Of a stretch of 64,000 nt of DNA, positions 36,200 through 46,967 are shown in pieces; the stretch's first letter is position 1, and each line of letters starts with the position of its first letter. Source of the DNA: an uncultured Rhizobiaceae bacterium. GTDB lineage: Bacteria; Pseudomonadota; Alphaproteobacteria; UBA7879; VGCX01. Under the pieces are notes generated by a model. The model did no database searches. It was not told the DNA's origin and saw only the letters and a list, made by a program, of their open reading frames with translations. The stretch is from assembly GCA_964350815.1 (NCBI GenBank), contig CAYGKW010000001.1:3980-67979 (forward strand). The letters run 5' to 3'. The position numbers and the translations under genes are program-made.

Positions 36200-37315
36200 C
36201 TAACTTTCTTTAATATTTACGAAATAGCCATTATCTCTTAATGGCTCAAACACTTGGGCATCTGTTCCTGTCAACCAAGATTGAATTCCAAGATTTAAAA
36301 TTTCCTTGAATAAGACGTGTCGTCTATTTTCATCTAAGTGGGCCACAACTTCATCCAAAAGTAAAATGGGCGTCACCTCATGAACTGTTGCAAGCAATCG
36401 CGCATTTGCCATAATTAATGTTAACAGCAAGGCTTTTTGCTCACCCGTAGAGCATACCTCAGCTTGCTGGTCACAATCAAGGTTCAAAACAAGAAATTCT
36501 GATTGATGCGCCCCAACTTTAGACCCTCCAACAATGGCATCCCGATTACGACTTTCAAAAAACCTTTCTTGAAGGCGTTCTTCAGCCTCTGTTGCAGAAT
36601 TTTCACGCACCAGCAATTCCACTTCACCCTGCAAATCCACTGCGATTTTAGGGAAACCTTCAATTTCTTGTTCCAAGAAACCTTGAAGTTGCGATAAATA
36701 ATCAAGACGATTGGCTGTAATGACAATTGATTCTTGGGCCATTTTCTGTTCCAAAACAGATAACCATTTCAGGTCACGCAATCCTTCGCGTAAAAGTTTT
36801 GATCTTTCACGTAGGGCATAATCATATCGGTAAAGATGTTTTGAATGTTCGGGGGAAAAATTTACCAACAATTTATCAAAAAATTTCCGCCGAACTGTCA
36901 TGCCATCAATAAACAGACGATCCATCTGCGGGGTTTGCCATAAAATCTTAATCCAATCATTCAAAGCTGCCTGTGATGATTTCGCCCCATTTATTTTTAC
37001 AATCCGGCGTTCTGATGGGGTTGATAAATCCAAGCCTGTGCCGATATTAATATCCTGGTCTTGGTGCGCAAAGTCAGCATTAACAAACCAGCCCATATTT
37101 GCAACATCAGACTTTCTCATTTGGGCCAATTTCGATTGACGTAATCCTTTTCCAGGACAGAACAATGAAATGGCTTCTAAGATATTGGTTTTTCCAATTC
37201 CGTTTGGGCCTGCGATAATAATCGGATCTTTTGGAACAGATAAGTTAATAGAGGAAAAATTTCTGAAATTTTGAAGCTTAAGATTTCTAAGCCAACACGG
37301 TTGGATTTCCTGCAT
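36200..37315 (-). CDS. recF: DNA replication/repair protein RecF
   Basis: GPNGIGKTNILEAIS, STGEQKALL, LLLDEVVAHLD. Confidence 0.96.
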   Translation of the reverse strand: MQEIQPCWLRNLKLQNFRNFSSINLSVPKDPIIIAGPNGIGKTNILEAISLFCPGKGLRQSKLAQMRKSDVANMGWFVNADFAHQDQDINIGTGLDLSTPSERRIVKINGAKSSQAALNDWIKILWQTPQMDRLFIDGMTVRRKFFDKLLVNFSPEHSKHLYRYDYALRERSKLLREGLRDLKWLSVLEQKMAQESIVITANRLDYLSQLQGFLEQEIEGFPKIAVDLQGEVELLVRENSATEAEERLQERFFESRNRDAIVGGSKVGAHQSEFLVLNLDCDQQAEVCSTGEQKALLLTLIMANARLLATVHEVTPILLLDEVVAHLDENRRHVLFKEILNLGIQSWLTGTDAQVFEPLRDNGYFVNIKES

Positions 37316-37325
37316 CCCAAAATAC

Positions 37326-38444
37326 CTAGACGCGCATTGGCATCAAAACATACAAACTGCCTTCATCTTCCAAACCACGAATAATGGCTGGGGCTGTTTC
37401 ATCTGCCAATAAAAATTTCAAAGTATCACTTTCAACTTGTTGGCAAATATCCAAAACATATCTGGCATTGAAACCGATATTCATACGCTTACCGCCATAG
37501 GTTGCTTCGATTTCTTCGGCGCCACTTCCTTGGTCACTGTTGGAAACAGAAACTTGAACCTTGTTTGATTCAATTGTAATTTTGATTGATCTGGTTTTGT
37601 CTGATGAAATGGTGGCAATACGATCCACGGCTTCGGCAAAACTTTTGCGACTGATGGTTAAAACACTTTGGTTATCATACGGAATGACTTTTTCATAATC
37701 AGGAAAAGCCCCATCAATTAACCGGGATGTAATTTGAACATGTCCTAAGTTAAACGCAATTTGTGTGTGGGATAGGGAAACTTTAACGTTACCTTCCCTG
37801 TTTTCAAGTAACTTTGTTGCCTCAGCAATTGTCTTGCGGGGAATAATAACGTCTGGCATGCCATCTGCCCCATCTGGTTCAGGAATTTCAGACATGGCCA
37901 GCCTGTGACCATCCGTTGCAACTGTGCGCAAGAATGTTTCACTTTCAACTTTTTTAACGTGCAGATAAATCCCGTTCAGATAATATCGGGCCTCTTCTGT
38001 TGACATGGCAAAACGCGTACTTGCAAGCAGGTGACGTAATTCTTCAGAAGTAATCACAAAATTATGGGGGAAATCAGATGTTTTGATATTTGAAAAATCT
38101 TCTGCGGGTAAGGACGGCAAATCAAAATTTGTACGCCCTGCAGAAATGTGAAATTTACCAGAGCTTTGATCATGGGAAAGTTCAACCTCTGCACCATCTG
38201 GCAACTTGCGGGCAATGTCATAAAATGTATGGGCAGAAACTGTTGTGCTACCTTTTTGTTGAATTTTTGCAGTGACCTCTTCTTGAATAGAAATATCAAG
38301 ATCGGTTGCGGTCAACTTAAGTTTTCCCTCCACTGCTTCCAACAAAACATTGGATAGAATAGGCGTTACTGTGCGGCGTTCCACAACTGTTTGAACATGT
38401 CCTAAAGCTTTTAATAAAGTTGATTTTTCAATGGTTAATTTCAT
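37326..38444 (-). CDS. dnaN: DNA polymerase III beta clamp
   Basis: ATDLD, RYYLNGIY, VATDGHRLA, YVLMPMRV; start ATG 38444. Confidence 0.98.
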   Translation of the reverse strand: MKLTIEKSTLLKALGHVQTVVERRTVTPILSNVLLEAVEGKLKLTATDLDISIQEEVTAKIQQKGSTTVSAHTFYDIARKLPDGAEVELSHDQSSGKFHISAGRTNFDLPSLPAEDFSNIKTSDFPHNFVITSEELRHLLASTRFAMSTEEARYYLNGIYLHVKKVESETFLRTVATDGHRLAMSEIPEPDGADGMPDVIIPRKTIAEATKLLENREGNVKVSLSHTQIAFNLGHVQITSRLIDGAFPDYEKVIPYDNQSVLTISRKSFAEAVDRIATISSDKTRSIKITIESNKVQVSVSNSDQGSGAEEIEATYGGKRMNIGFNARYVLDICQQVESDTLKFLLADETAPAIIRGLEDEGSLYVLMPMRV

Positions 38445-38528
38445 GATCTGCCTTGTTTTCAAATATGCGTAAAATTCAAAATTATCATAAACTTTTTAGC
38501 CCCATTCTTCAAGCAGAATAAAGTTGAT

Positions 38529-39695
38529 TTATGTTTTTGATACATTCTTACCAATAAGCCGATTAAACAAAATCAAGAAGGCATTATTTCCCATAACATT
38601 CACAGATGTAAAGATGGGATCAAACAACAAATATATGGCCATGATCAAGGCCAACATCGGATCATTAAACCCAAGATACTTTTGAATATAAGGTAACATC
38701 ACAACCATCCCACCCCCTGGAACGGCAGAAACCGCAAATTTCGCCATAATAAAATATAAAACAAAAACCAAGTATTCTGATATTCCAGGGAACGGATATC
38801 CAAAGGCCAGCAAAATGGTTAAGGCAATCAAAGGCACGCCGATGCTGTCCCCGATCAAATGAATACTGGCTGTTGTGGGGGTCACAACCCGAACCAACTT
38901 TTCATTGCCTGTGTTCTGTTCCCCAGCGCGGAAAGTTAAGGGCATGGCTGCGGCACTGGACATGGTACTGAACCCCATCAACCCTGCTGGAAAAGCATTT
39001 CGAATGGATCGAATTGTCTTATAAAGATTAAAGCCACAACTGATAAAGTACAAAAGAAACAGATAAACAATATAAACCAAAATCAAAACGGCCAATACGG
39101 AACTGTATGACTTTAAAATCATTCGAAGACTGCCTTCATATTCCATTTTAAAAATAAATCCAAGAATGAATAAAGGCACCAAAGGCACAAAAACTTTGTT
39201 CAAAAACAAATTTGAAATTCTTTTTAATTTTTCTGACCAATTTTCAAGCATTTCACTTTTACTGACTGATGCAACAACCCCAGCAAAGAAACCTGAAAAC
39301 AAAGCCCATTCATTCGGAATATATTTGGGCAGCGCAAAGTACCAAAAAGGCAACAATTCTTCGCCTCCCATTTGACCAACGGTTGAAGAAAAGTCTGGCA
39401 TCCATACCAAAGCAATCCCATACCCAACCATGGTACTGGTAAAATTTGATAAACACACAACACCCAGTAAAGAGGCTACGAATAAAACAATATTGCCACT
39501 GAATTTTGAAAAACTGCTGAATAAAAATGAAAAGATAATAACCGGCAAACAAAATACCAAAATTTCTTTCATTGACAAACTTAAGGCCAAACTAAAACTT
39601 TTGATTTCAATGGGCACATGCATACCAAAAATACTGACGGCCAAAATCAACAACATTAATTTTATAGGCAGGTTTTGTTTTACAAATTTAATCAT
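38529..39695 (-). CDS. dicarboxylate/amino acid:cation symporter (DAACS)
   Basis: FSTMSSAAAMP, AVPGGG, TSVNVMGN motifs; multi-TM. Confidence 0.85.
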   Translation of the reverse strand: MIKFVKQNLPIKLMLLILAVSIFGMHVPIEIKSFSLALSLSMKEILVFCLPVIIFSFLFSSFSKFSGNIVLFVASLLGVVCLSNFTSTMVGYGIALVWMPDFSSTVGQMGGEELLPFWYFALPKYIPNEWALFSGFFAGVVASVSKSEMLENWSEKLKRISNLFLNKVFVPLVPLFILGFIFKMEYEGSLRMILKSYSSVLAVLILVYIVYLFLLYFISCGFNLYKTIRSIRNAFPAGLMGFSTMSSAAAMPLTFRAGEQNTGNEKLVRVVTPTTASIHLIGDSIGVPLIALTILLAFGYPFPGISEYLVFVLYFIMAKFAVSAVPGGGMVVMLPYIQKYLGFNDPMLALIMAIYLLFDPIFTSVNVMGNNAFLILFNRLIGKNVSKT

Positions 39696-39698
39696 TAT

Positions 39699-40307
39699 TT
39701 AAGATCCTGATTTTATAATTTCGCGCATTTTAAAAGCCATTTCTTCGCCTGGTGTTTGATGGGAAAAATGACTTACATACTTACCATCTGGGCCCATCAC
39801 ATAAACGATCGATGAATGGTCAACCAAGTAATCCGTTGCCCCCTCATCATCAACTTTTTGGGCATACACGCGGTAAGCTTTGATGGCTTTATCCAAGGCC
39901 TCTTTACCCCCCGTCATGGCCAAAAACCTTGGGTGGAAACTTTGAATATACGTTTCAAGCTGTTGCACCGTATCGCGATCTGGATCCACAGTCACAAAAA
40001 TGGGTTGAATTTTATTCCCCATATCTGCCAGCTTCATCATTGCTTCTGACATATTTTCCAGGGCTGTGGGGCAAATATCTGGACAAAAACTATACCCAAA
40101 ATAGACCATCATGTATTTCCCACGAAATTGCTTTGTATCAATGGACTGGCCTTTATGACTGGTTAAGGTGAAATCTCCACCCAACAAAGCATTGCCTGTA
40201 TCAACACTTTCTTTGGCTGGATTAATATACGTTGAAACGTAATACCCCAATCCCAATGCAAAAAGTGAAAAAGATAACAGTAAAATAATTAAATTTTTTT
40301 TGGACAT
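39699..40307 (-). CDS. SCO1/SenC family copper chaperone
   Basis: FGYSFCPDICP (CxxxC), VTVDPDRD, YLVDHS. Confidence 0.93.
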   Translation of the reverse strand: MSKKNLIILLLSFSLFALGLGYYVSTYINPAKESVDTGNALLGGDFTLTSHKGQSIDTKQFRGKYMMVYFGYSFCPDICPTALENMSEAMMKLADMGNKIQPIFVTVDPDRDTVQQLETYIQSFHPRFLAMTGGKEALDKAIKAYRVYAQKVDDEGATDYLVDHSSIVYVMGPDGKYVSHFSHQTPGEEMAFKMREIIKSGS

Positions 40308-40383
40308 TTGTTTCTCTCTTGAATAATATCAAACTATTGTAAAGATCGATTGTTTAATACGCCTATTAACTAATTATCTTTTC

Positions 40384-40482
40384 TGTCGCCCCGTGCTTGA
40401 CACGGGGTCCAGGCTTAATCTAATAGGCACATATTACGTGCCATAAAAGTTTTCTGGATCCCGCATCAAGTGCGGGACGACG
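40384..40482. repeat. REP/RPE-like composite palindromic element
   Basis: Two 28-nt inverted arms (40385-40412, 40454-40481), each a hairpin with a CTTGA/TCAAG loop; central GGCAC/GTGCC hairpin. Confidence 0.75.
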
Positions 40483-40564
40483 AATTGAGGGATGCTAAAC
40501 CACCTCATACAACGACCTTTTCAATAGTAATAATGCACCAACTTTATAAAGTAAAGAAATTGAT

Positions 40565-41761
40565 ATGAAACTTGCCGATAGATTAAGCCAGATTAAGCCA
40601 TCCCCGACCCTAACCATTTCAGCCAAAGCCCGGGCCATGAAAGTTGATGGGAAAGATGTAATCAGCCTAAGTGCCGGGGAACCTGATTTTGACACGCCAG
40701 ATTTTGTAAAAACAGCAGCCATCAATGCCATAAAAGAAGGCGATACAAAATATACATCTGTTGATGGCACGACGTATCTTAAATCTGCCATTGCAGACAA
40801 ACTTCGAAATGATAACGATTTAGATTATGATTTTGACAATATTATTGTTGGAACGGGGGCAAAGCAAGTTATTTTTAATGCCTTTTTGGCAACTCTAAAC
40901 CCAAAAGATGAAGTTATTATTCCAGCGCCTTATTGGGTATCATACCCAGAAATGGTACGCATTGCCGAAGGCCATCCAGTGATTGTCAAAAGTACTGAAA
41001 AAAATGATTTTAAAATCACCCCAAAACAACTTGAAGAATCAATTACACAAAAAACGAAATGGGTCATTATTAACTCACCAAGCAACCCAACTGGAAGTGT
41101 TTACAGCAAACAAGAATTTAAAGCCCTTGGTGAAGTTTTGGAAAAACATCCAAACGTTTATATCCTTTCTGATGAAATATATGAACACATTCTATATGGG
41201 CAACAATTTTATGCCTTTGCACAGGCGTGTCCAAATTTATTTGACCGCACATTAACTGTAAATGGTGTTTCCAAGGCTTATGCCATGACTGGATGGCGCA
41301 TTGGTTATGCGGCCGGTCCAAAAAGAATTATTACTGGCATGAAAAAAATACAATCCCAAAGCACATCAAATGCCTGTTCCATAAGTCAGGCAGCGGCTGC
41401 GGTCGCCCTAAAAGGAGACCAACACTTTATTCAAGACAGAAATGCTGAATTTAAAAAACGCCGGGATTTTATTGTTAAAGAATTAAATGCAATTGATGGA
41501 ATGACGTGTATCGAACCCAAGGGGGCCTTTTATGTGTATCCAAGTTGCAAAGAATTTATTGGTAAAAAGACACCTTCAGGGTCAATTATCGAAAGCGATA
41601 CAGACTTTGCCGAATTTTTACTGGACCAAGCAGAAGTTGCCGCTGTTCCAGGCAGTGCTTTTGGACATTCCCCTTTTATAAGAATGTCTTATGCAACAAG
41701 CCTTGATCAGATTGAAACAGCTTTAAAGCGCATTAAAAAAGCGTGCTCTAGTTTGACTTAG
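40565..41761 (+). CDS. aspC: aspartate aminotransferase-like PLP enzyme (class I/II)
   Basis: LSAGEPDFDTP, NSPSNPTG, SDEIYEH, NGVSKAYAMTGWRIGY. Confidence 0.88.
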   Translation: MKLADRLSQIKPSPTLTISAKARAMKVDGKDVISLSAGEPDFDTPDFVKTAAINAIKEGDTKYTSVDGTTYLKSAIADKLRNDNDLDYDFDNIIVGTGAKQVIFNAFLATLNPKDEVIIPAPYWVSYPEMVRIAEGHPVIVKSTEKNDFKITPKQLEESITQKTKWVIINSPSNPTGSVYSKQEFKALGEVLEKHPNVYILSDEIYEHILYGQQFYAFAQACPNLFDRTLTVNGVSKAYAMTGWRIGYAAGPKRIITGMKKIQSQSTSNACSISQAAAAVALKGDQHFIQDRNAEFKKRRDFIVKELNAIDGMTCIEPKGAFYVYPSCKEFIGKKTPSGSIIESDTDFAEFLLDQAEVAAVPGSAFGHSPFIRMSYATSLDQIETALKRIKKACSSLT

Positions 41762-42203
41762 CAAGTAATAGACGTTGAATATAGGCATAGTTTTTTGAAA
41801 TTGAATCTGCGTCTTTGGGGAAAAGTTTTTTACAAGATGATTCGTGTTCTTTGGAAAAATCCCCAGCATTTTTATTATAAGAAAAAATCTTTGCCAGACC
41901 TTCAATGAACTTAGAATCATTTTCACGCATCAACAGGCATATACTGTCACGAATATCTTTTACTTTACATTTTGCAAGACACCCCAATGCAAGTGTTAAA
42001 TCTTGATCTGATTTTTCCATGGTCGCATCAATAATTTTATTATTAATTTCAGGGTGGCTTTGAATAAAGCTTTCTATGCTTTTTATTCCTTTTTGACTAA
42101 AAAATCTGCCCTTACAACGTAAACTGCAATCTTTTTGGGTTAAGGCAAAACTGTGCAAAGGCACTGATGCCAAAGCAAAAATTATAAGTATATTCTTTAT
42201 CAT
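41748..42203 (-). CDS. hypothetical secreted Cys-containing protein
   Basis: Signal peptide MIKNILIIFALASVPLHSFA; 151 aa. Confidence 0.65.
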   Translation of the reverse strand: MIKNILIIFALASVPLHSFALTQKDCSLRCKGRFFSQKGIKSIESFIQSHPEINNKIIDATMEKSDQDLTLALGCLAKCKVKDIRDSICLLMRENDSKFIEGLAKIFSYNKNAGDFSKEHESSCKKLFPKDADSISKNYAYIQRLLLAKSN

Positions 42204-42384
42204 TACGCCGTCCTGTTTTTTATACAGTTCTATTTAAGCTTAAAAGTTGCTTGGGGATCAAGAAGATTTATGGATTTATTTTCTGGCTTTTTCTATTATC
42301 ACTGTGAAATGTAACATTCTGCAATATTTGTTTATTTTCTTTTTGTTTAAATGTTTTCTATATTGTAGTTAGAGGAAAAAGTAG

Positions 42385-43338
42385 ATGCAGCAAAAAACAA
42401 TTTCACAACCCATTTCATGTAGCGGCGTTGGCGTCCATTCAGGATCACCGGTCACCTTAACACTTCGCCCTGCAAAAGAAAATACTGGAATACAATTTGT
42501 GCGCTCTGACTTAAAAGACCTTACACAAAAAGAAAAAACAATTCATGCAAACTGGGAAAATGTGACAGACACACGTCTTTGCACAAAACTAGGTAACTCT
42601 TATGGTACTGAAATTTCCACAGTTGAACATTTGATGGCTGCTTTGGCCGGATCAAGCATTTCAAACATCATTGTCGAAGTATCTGCACCTGAACTTCCCA
42701 TAATGGATGGCAGTGCCGCCCCTTTCCTATTTTTAATAGAATGTGCTGGCGTTAAAGAACAATCTTCAAAAGCTAAATATTTAAAAATCTTAAAAAATAT
42801 CGAAGTTAAAAATGCTGATGGTACAAGTTCTGCACGCTTAATGCCCCATGATGCCTTCAAAGTAAGTTATGAATTTGATTTTTCAAAACGTAATAACTTG
42901 GCAAATCAACAATACATTTGTTCAAATATGCAAGATTGTTTTAAAGAAGATTTATCCCGTGCACGCACATTCGGTTTTTATGAAGATGTTGAAATGTTAC
43001 GCAGACATGGTTTGGCCCAAGGGGGCAGTTTGCAAAACGCCATCGTATTTGATGGGGATACAATTTTAAACCCAGAAGGCCTACGCTTTGAAGATGAATG
43101 TGTACGTCACAAGGCTTTGGACGCGATTGGGGATTTGTATTTATCGGGTTATTTAATTCAAGGTCATTTCCATGGGAATGGTGCTGGGCATGCCCTTAAC
43201 AATAAAATCCTTCGTGAACTTTTCAAAGATCCAACTGCTTGGGAAATCGTTGAAGATGAAGTTTCAATAGAACCAAGGTCAGCCCAAGATCATTTCAGGG
43301 CATTTATCACCCCTGGCCATCAAGAAGCAGTTGCCTAG
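42385..43338 (+). CDS. lpxC: UDP-3-O-acyl-N-acetylglucosamine deacetylase
   Basis: GVGVHSG, STVEHLMAAL, ELPIMDGSA, HKALDAIGDL. Confidence 0.97.
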   Translation: MQQKTISQPISCSGVGVHSGSPVTLTLRPAKENTGIQFVRSDLKDLTQKEKTIHANWENVTDTRLCTKLGNSYGTEISTVEHLMAALAGSSISNIIVEVSAPELPIMDGSAAPFLFLIECAGVKEQSSKAKYLKILKNIEVKNADGTSSARLMPHDAFKVSYEFDFSKRNNLANQQYICSNMQDCFKEDLSRARTFGFYEDVEMLRRHGLAQGGSLQNAIVFDGDTILNPEGLRFEDECVRHKALDAIGDLYLSGYLIQGHFHGNGAGHALNNKILRELFKDPTAWEIVEDEVSIEPRSAQDHFRAFITPGHQEAVA

Positions 43339-43427
43339 CCTTTTATCTCTGTGACTCTCACTAAAAATAAAGCCATTTATTACTGCTGGGGACTATGGTA
43401 AAGTAATCCTATTAATACCGTGGGTTT

Positions 43428-44669
43428 ATGTATAAAGAATTTTTCAAACAATCCTTGGACCACCTTAAACATGAAGGGCGTTACCGAGTTTTTATTGAAC
43501 TGGAAAAAATTCCAGGGGCTTTCCCGCGCGCAAAATACCCTACAGAATCAGGGTCAAAAGAAGTAACGATTTGGTGTTCAAATGACTATTTAGGCATGGG
43601 CACCCACCCGGATGTAATAAAACAAATGCACCAAGCCCTTGATCAAGATGGGGCTGGTTCGGGCGGCACGCGTAATATTGGCGGCACCCATCATTGGCAC
43701 ACAAAACTTGAACAAGAATTGGCATCCCTTCATAAAAAGGATAGTGCTTTATTATTCACGTCAGGCTATGTTGCAAATGAATCAGCATTATCCACATTGG
43801 CAAGTCGTTTACCCAATTGTGTTGTTTTATCTGATGCCCAAAATCACGCCTCCATGATTCATGGGATAAGGTATTCCAAAGCAGAAAAAATGATTTTCCG
43901 CCACAATGATGTGGGACATTTAGAAGAATTATTACAAAGTATCGACCCCCATCGTCCAAAAATCATTGCCTTTGAATCTGTCTATTCTATGGCGGGCGAT
44001 ATCGCCCCCATCAAAAAGATCTGTGCCCTAGCAAAAAAATACAAAGCCCTAACCTATATTGATGAAGTACATGCTGTTGGCCTGTATGGACCGAATGGGG
44101 CTGGGGTTGTTGATGAACTTGGCCTGCAAGATAATATTGATATTATCTGCGCCAATTTCGGAAAAGCCATTGGGGTCCTTGGGGGGTATATTACGGCTGG
44201 TGCGGAAACCATTGACTTTATTCGTAGCCATGCGTCCCCTTTTATCTTTACCACCTCTTTGCCGCCCTCTATTGCTGCTGGGGCATTGGCAAGCATCCAA
44301 CATATTCGTAAAGATGCGACAGAACGTTTGCAAATGCATCAAAAAGTCAGCTTGTTAAAAAGCAAGCTTAGGCAGACTGCCATTGAATTTTTAGACAGCG
44401 AAAGCCATATCATTCCTGTAATGGTTCGAAATGCTGAAATATGCAAAGGGATCAGTGATGCGTTATTAAAAAATCATCAAATATATATTCAACCCATTAA
44501 TTACCCAACAGTTCCAAAGGGTGAAGAAAGATTACGTATTACAGTAACCCCCTACCATACACCTGAAATGATTGATCACTTGATCACAAGTTTAACGACA
44601 GTTTGGAAAGAATTCGGATTAACATCATGCCAACAAAAAATTCAAAAGGATCAGGCAGCCGCTTTTTAA
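43428..44669 (+). CDS. hemA: 5-aminolevulinate synthase
   Basis: WCSNDYLGM, GAGSGGTRNI, DEVHAVGLYG, QPINYPTV..GEERLR. Confidence 0.96.
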   Translation: MYKEFFKQSLDHLKHEGRYRVFIELEKIPGAFPRAKYPTESGSKEVTIWCSNDYLGMGTHPDVIKQMHQALDQDGAGSGGTRNIGGTHHWHTKLEQELASLHKKDSALLFTSGYVANESALSTLASRLPNCVVLSDAQNHASMIHGIRYSKAEKMIFRHNDVGHLEELLQSIDPHRPKIIAFESVYSMAGDIAPIKKICALAKKYKALTYIDEVHAVGLYGPNGAGVVDELGLQDNIDIICANFGKAIGVLGGYITAGAETIDFIRSHASPFIFTTSLPPSIAAGALASIQHIRKDATERLQMHQKVSLLKSKLRQTAIEFLDSESHIIPVMVRNAEICKGISDALLKNHQIYIQPINYPTVPKGEERLRITVTPYHTPEMIDHLITSLTTVWKEFGLTSCQQKIQKDQAAAF

Positions 44670-45319
44670 CGGTTAAGTTGAAAAAAAGCCGTGGCCGTTC
44701 CATATCATCCCAAAGATGGTTGCAACGACAATTAAATGATCCTTATACCCAAGAAGCACAGAAAATGGGATATCGTTCCCGTGCGGCTTTTAAACTAAAG
44801 CACATTCATGAAAAATATAATATTTTGAAACCCACTATGCGGGTGGTGGATTTAGGCGCGGCCCCTGGGGGTTGGTGCCAAGTCTTAATCGAACACATTG
44901 ACACATCTAAACCCAAGAATGAAATTGTTGCTATCGACATTTTGGAAATGGAACCCATGGCCGGTGTTACAACTTTGCAATTAGATTTCGAAGATCATGA
45001 TGCCCCTGAAATTTTAAAAAGTAAAATGTCTGGGTCGGCTGATTTGGTCTTAAGTGACATGGCGCCCCCAACAACAGGACATAAAAATACCGATCACTTG
45101 CGCATTATGTCGCTGGTGGAAATGGCCTATGATTTTGCAGAACAAATTTTGGCCCCTGGCGGTGCTTTTGTTGCAAAGGTTTTCCAAGGCGGGACGGAAC
45201 AAGAAATTTTGAAGAAATTAAAGAAAGACTTTGAAAAAGTGCATCACTTTAAACCTGAATCCAGCCGAAAAGATTCATCCGAAATGTTTGTCGTCGCCCT
45301 TGGCTTTAAAAGAAAATAG
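44627..45319 (+). CDS. rlmE: 23S rRNA 2'-O-methyltransferase RlmE/FtsJ
   Basis: WLQRQLNDPY, YRSRAAFKL, DLGAAPGGW, KPESSRKDSSE; start ATG 44627. Confidence 0.96.
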   Translation: MPTKNSKGSGSRFLTVKLKKSRGRSISSQRWLQRQLNDPYTQEAQKMGYRSRAAFKLKHIHEKYNILKPTMRVVDLGAAPGGWCQVLIEHIDTSKPKNEIVAIDILEMEPMAGVTTLQLDFEDHDAPEILKSKMSGSADLVLSDMAPPTTGHKNTDHLRIMSLVEMAYDFAEQILAPGGAFVAKVFQGGTEQEILKKLKKDFEKVHHFKPESSRKDSSEMFVVALGFKRK

Positions 45320-45371
45320 GGTTACAGAAACATAAAATATAATAATCTATAACCCTTAAAAATTCTACACA

Positions 45372-46541
45372 CTAAATATCTTTGATTAAACGTACTAAAT
45401 CAGAGGGTCTTCCAGGAACCCAACTATATATCCCTCTCTCCCAAAAACTTGCAAGACTTGGGGATTTAAGCAAAGGTAAACCCCAACCCCTTCCTGATTT
45501 ATAGGCCCCCGACAAATAAAACATCAGATCATCATATGTAGCGCAGTTAAATATCATCTCCCTTGAAGCATCTGGGGAAGGAAAAGTTTCATATCTAGGT
45601 ATCCCCAAATAACGTCCGTGGATTATCCTCTTCATAGTTCCCTCAACATTAATTTCTTTCAAACGAACCCAACTATCATGAACTATCGAACTATCTTCCC
45701 TAGCATAATGAATAAAGTTTCTTGCTCTATGTATATCTACCCATAAGTCTCCACTAGAATTAATAGGTCTTCCCAAATCTCTGAATTCCCCTTCATTCAA
45801 TATTTTGACCATGGTGACTTTTTCGTTTTCATCTGGAGAAAATAATTTAGGGTCTTCCCCCCTAAAAACCTTTAGGCGAAAATTATCAATTCCCCCACCA
45901 TTTAATTCAAGAACATGAAAAACATTGCCCGCTGAATCTTTATAATCATAACGCATGGTTTTAACAGGGCGCGATGAAACACTTTTATCTTTTTTAGACT
46001 CACTGTTCATAAAATCAAAATAAACAGAAATATATGTAGGTAAATCATAAACTTCCCTAATAAGCCTTCGCTTGTGCAACATACATATATTTTGTGCATG
46101 CTTCACATCTTCTGGATCTACATATACCGTTTTCACAATACGATAACCATGACCAATTCTTTTTTTTGCAGTATCTAAACTCCAGAACTTAAAGACAGGT
46201 GTTTCTTTAAGCCTCTCCTCTCCAAAACTTATGCCATGTAGCCAAGTTTCACTGCGATCTTTATCATAGCCTTCAAATAAAATAACTGCATGACTTGTCG
46301 AATCCTGCCAATTTCTCCATTTAAGATGATCTCCGGGGTTACATAATACGTCTAAATAACTTGTAAATTTATGTTCCTCTTCTTTTACAGCCAATGAAGC
46401 TGTCCAAGTACATGCCCCCAACATCTTTCCTGTAATGGGGCTTGCTTTTCTTAACTCTTCAGAATCTACAGCTGCAGCAAAGCTTTCCTTGCTTGATAAA
46501 AACACAAGCAAGGAAAATAAAATAAAAATTACTTTTTTCAT
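45372..46541 (-). CDS. hypothetical secreted protein
   Basis: 389 aa, signal peptide MKKVIFILFSLLVFLSSKESFA; no family recognised. Confidence 0.75.
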   Translation of the reverse strand: MKKVIFILFSLLVFLSSKESFAAAVDSEELRKASPITGKMLGACTWTASLAVKEEEHKFTSYLDVLCNPGDHLKWRNWQDSTSHAVILFEGYDKDRSETWLHGISFGEERLKETPVFKFWSLDTAKKRIGHGYRIVKTVYVDPEDVKHAQNICMLHKRRLIREVYDLPTYISVYFDFMNSESKKDKSVSSRPVKTMRYDYKDSAGNVFHVLELNGGGIDNFRLKVFRGEDPKLFSPDENEKVTMVKILNEGEFRDLGRPINSSGDLWVDIHRARNFIHYAREDSSIVHDSWVRLKEINVEGTMKRIIHGRYLGIPRYETFPSPDASREMIFNCATYDDLMFYLSGAYKSGRGWGLPLLKSPSLASFWERGIYSWVPGRPSDLVRLIKDI

Positions 46542-46561
46542 TTTTTTTGTACCAAATAAAT

Positions 46562-46873
46562 TTATCTTAAGATATCAGGCCAAACTTGTCTTAAAAAAGT
46601 TCTATATGACTGGGCTGTAAATTCTGTAACACTTGCAATCGCTGTGAATGCCGGGTCTATGGCTGCCCTTCTTGCTGCTGAAGATGCTCCTTCGATAAAT
46701 GCTGCCCAACTGTCTTTAGTTATTAATGTACGGGGATGATACAAAACTTCAGGTACATGCCCTTCTATGATTTGGCGGGCAACACCTGCTCTTCCCTGGT
46801 TTTCTACTTCAGCAGCCGCGTTCACATTTACTGAATTCAACGATAACAATGTTATTAATAATAATTTTTTCAT
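46562..46873 (-). CDS. hypothetical secreted protein
   Basis: AGGAG RBS, signal peptide MKKLLLITLLSLNSVNVNA; 103 aa. Confidence 0.7.
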   Translation of the reverse strand: MKKLLLITLLSLNSVNVNAAAEVENQGRAGVARQIIEGHVPEVLYHPRTLITKDSWAAFIEGASSAARRAAIDPAFTAIASVTEFTAQSYRTFLRQVWPDILR

Positions 46874-46967
46874 AATAATCTCCTTGTATAAAGTTATACT
46901 TAAAATTAAAATGAACTTTTTATTGGATTTAAAGTTTAAAAATTCAGGTTCTGACTATTGCTTAAAA

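Noticed and set aside
40384-40482. GC-rich structured island considered as SRP RNA (ffs) or a tRNA
   Set aside because: Lacks the SRP domain IV motif (CAGG...GGAAGGAAGCAG) and tRNA D/T-loop consensus; inverted-arm architecture fits a REP-like element.
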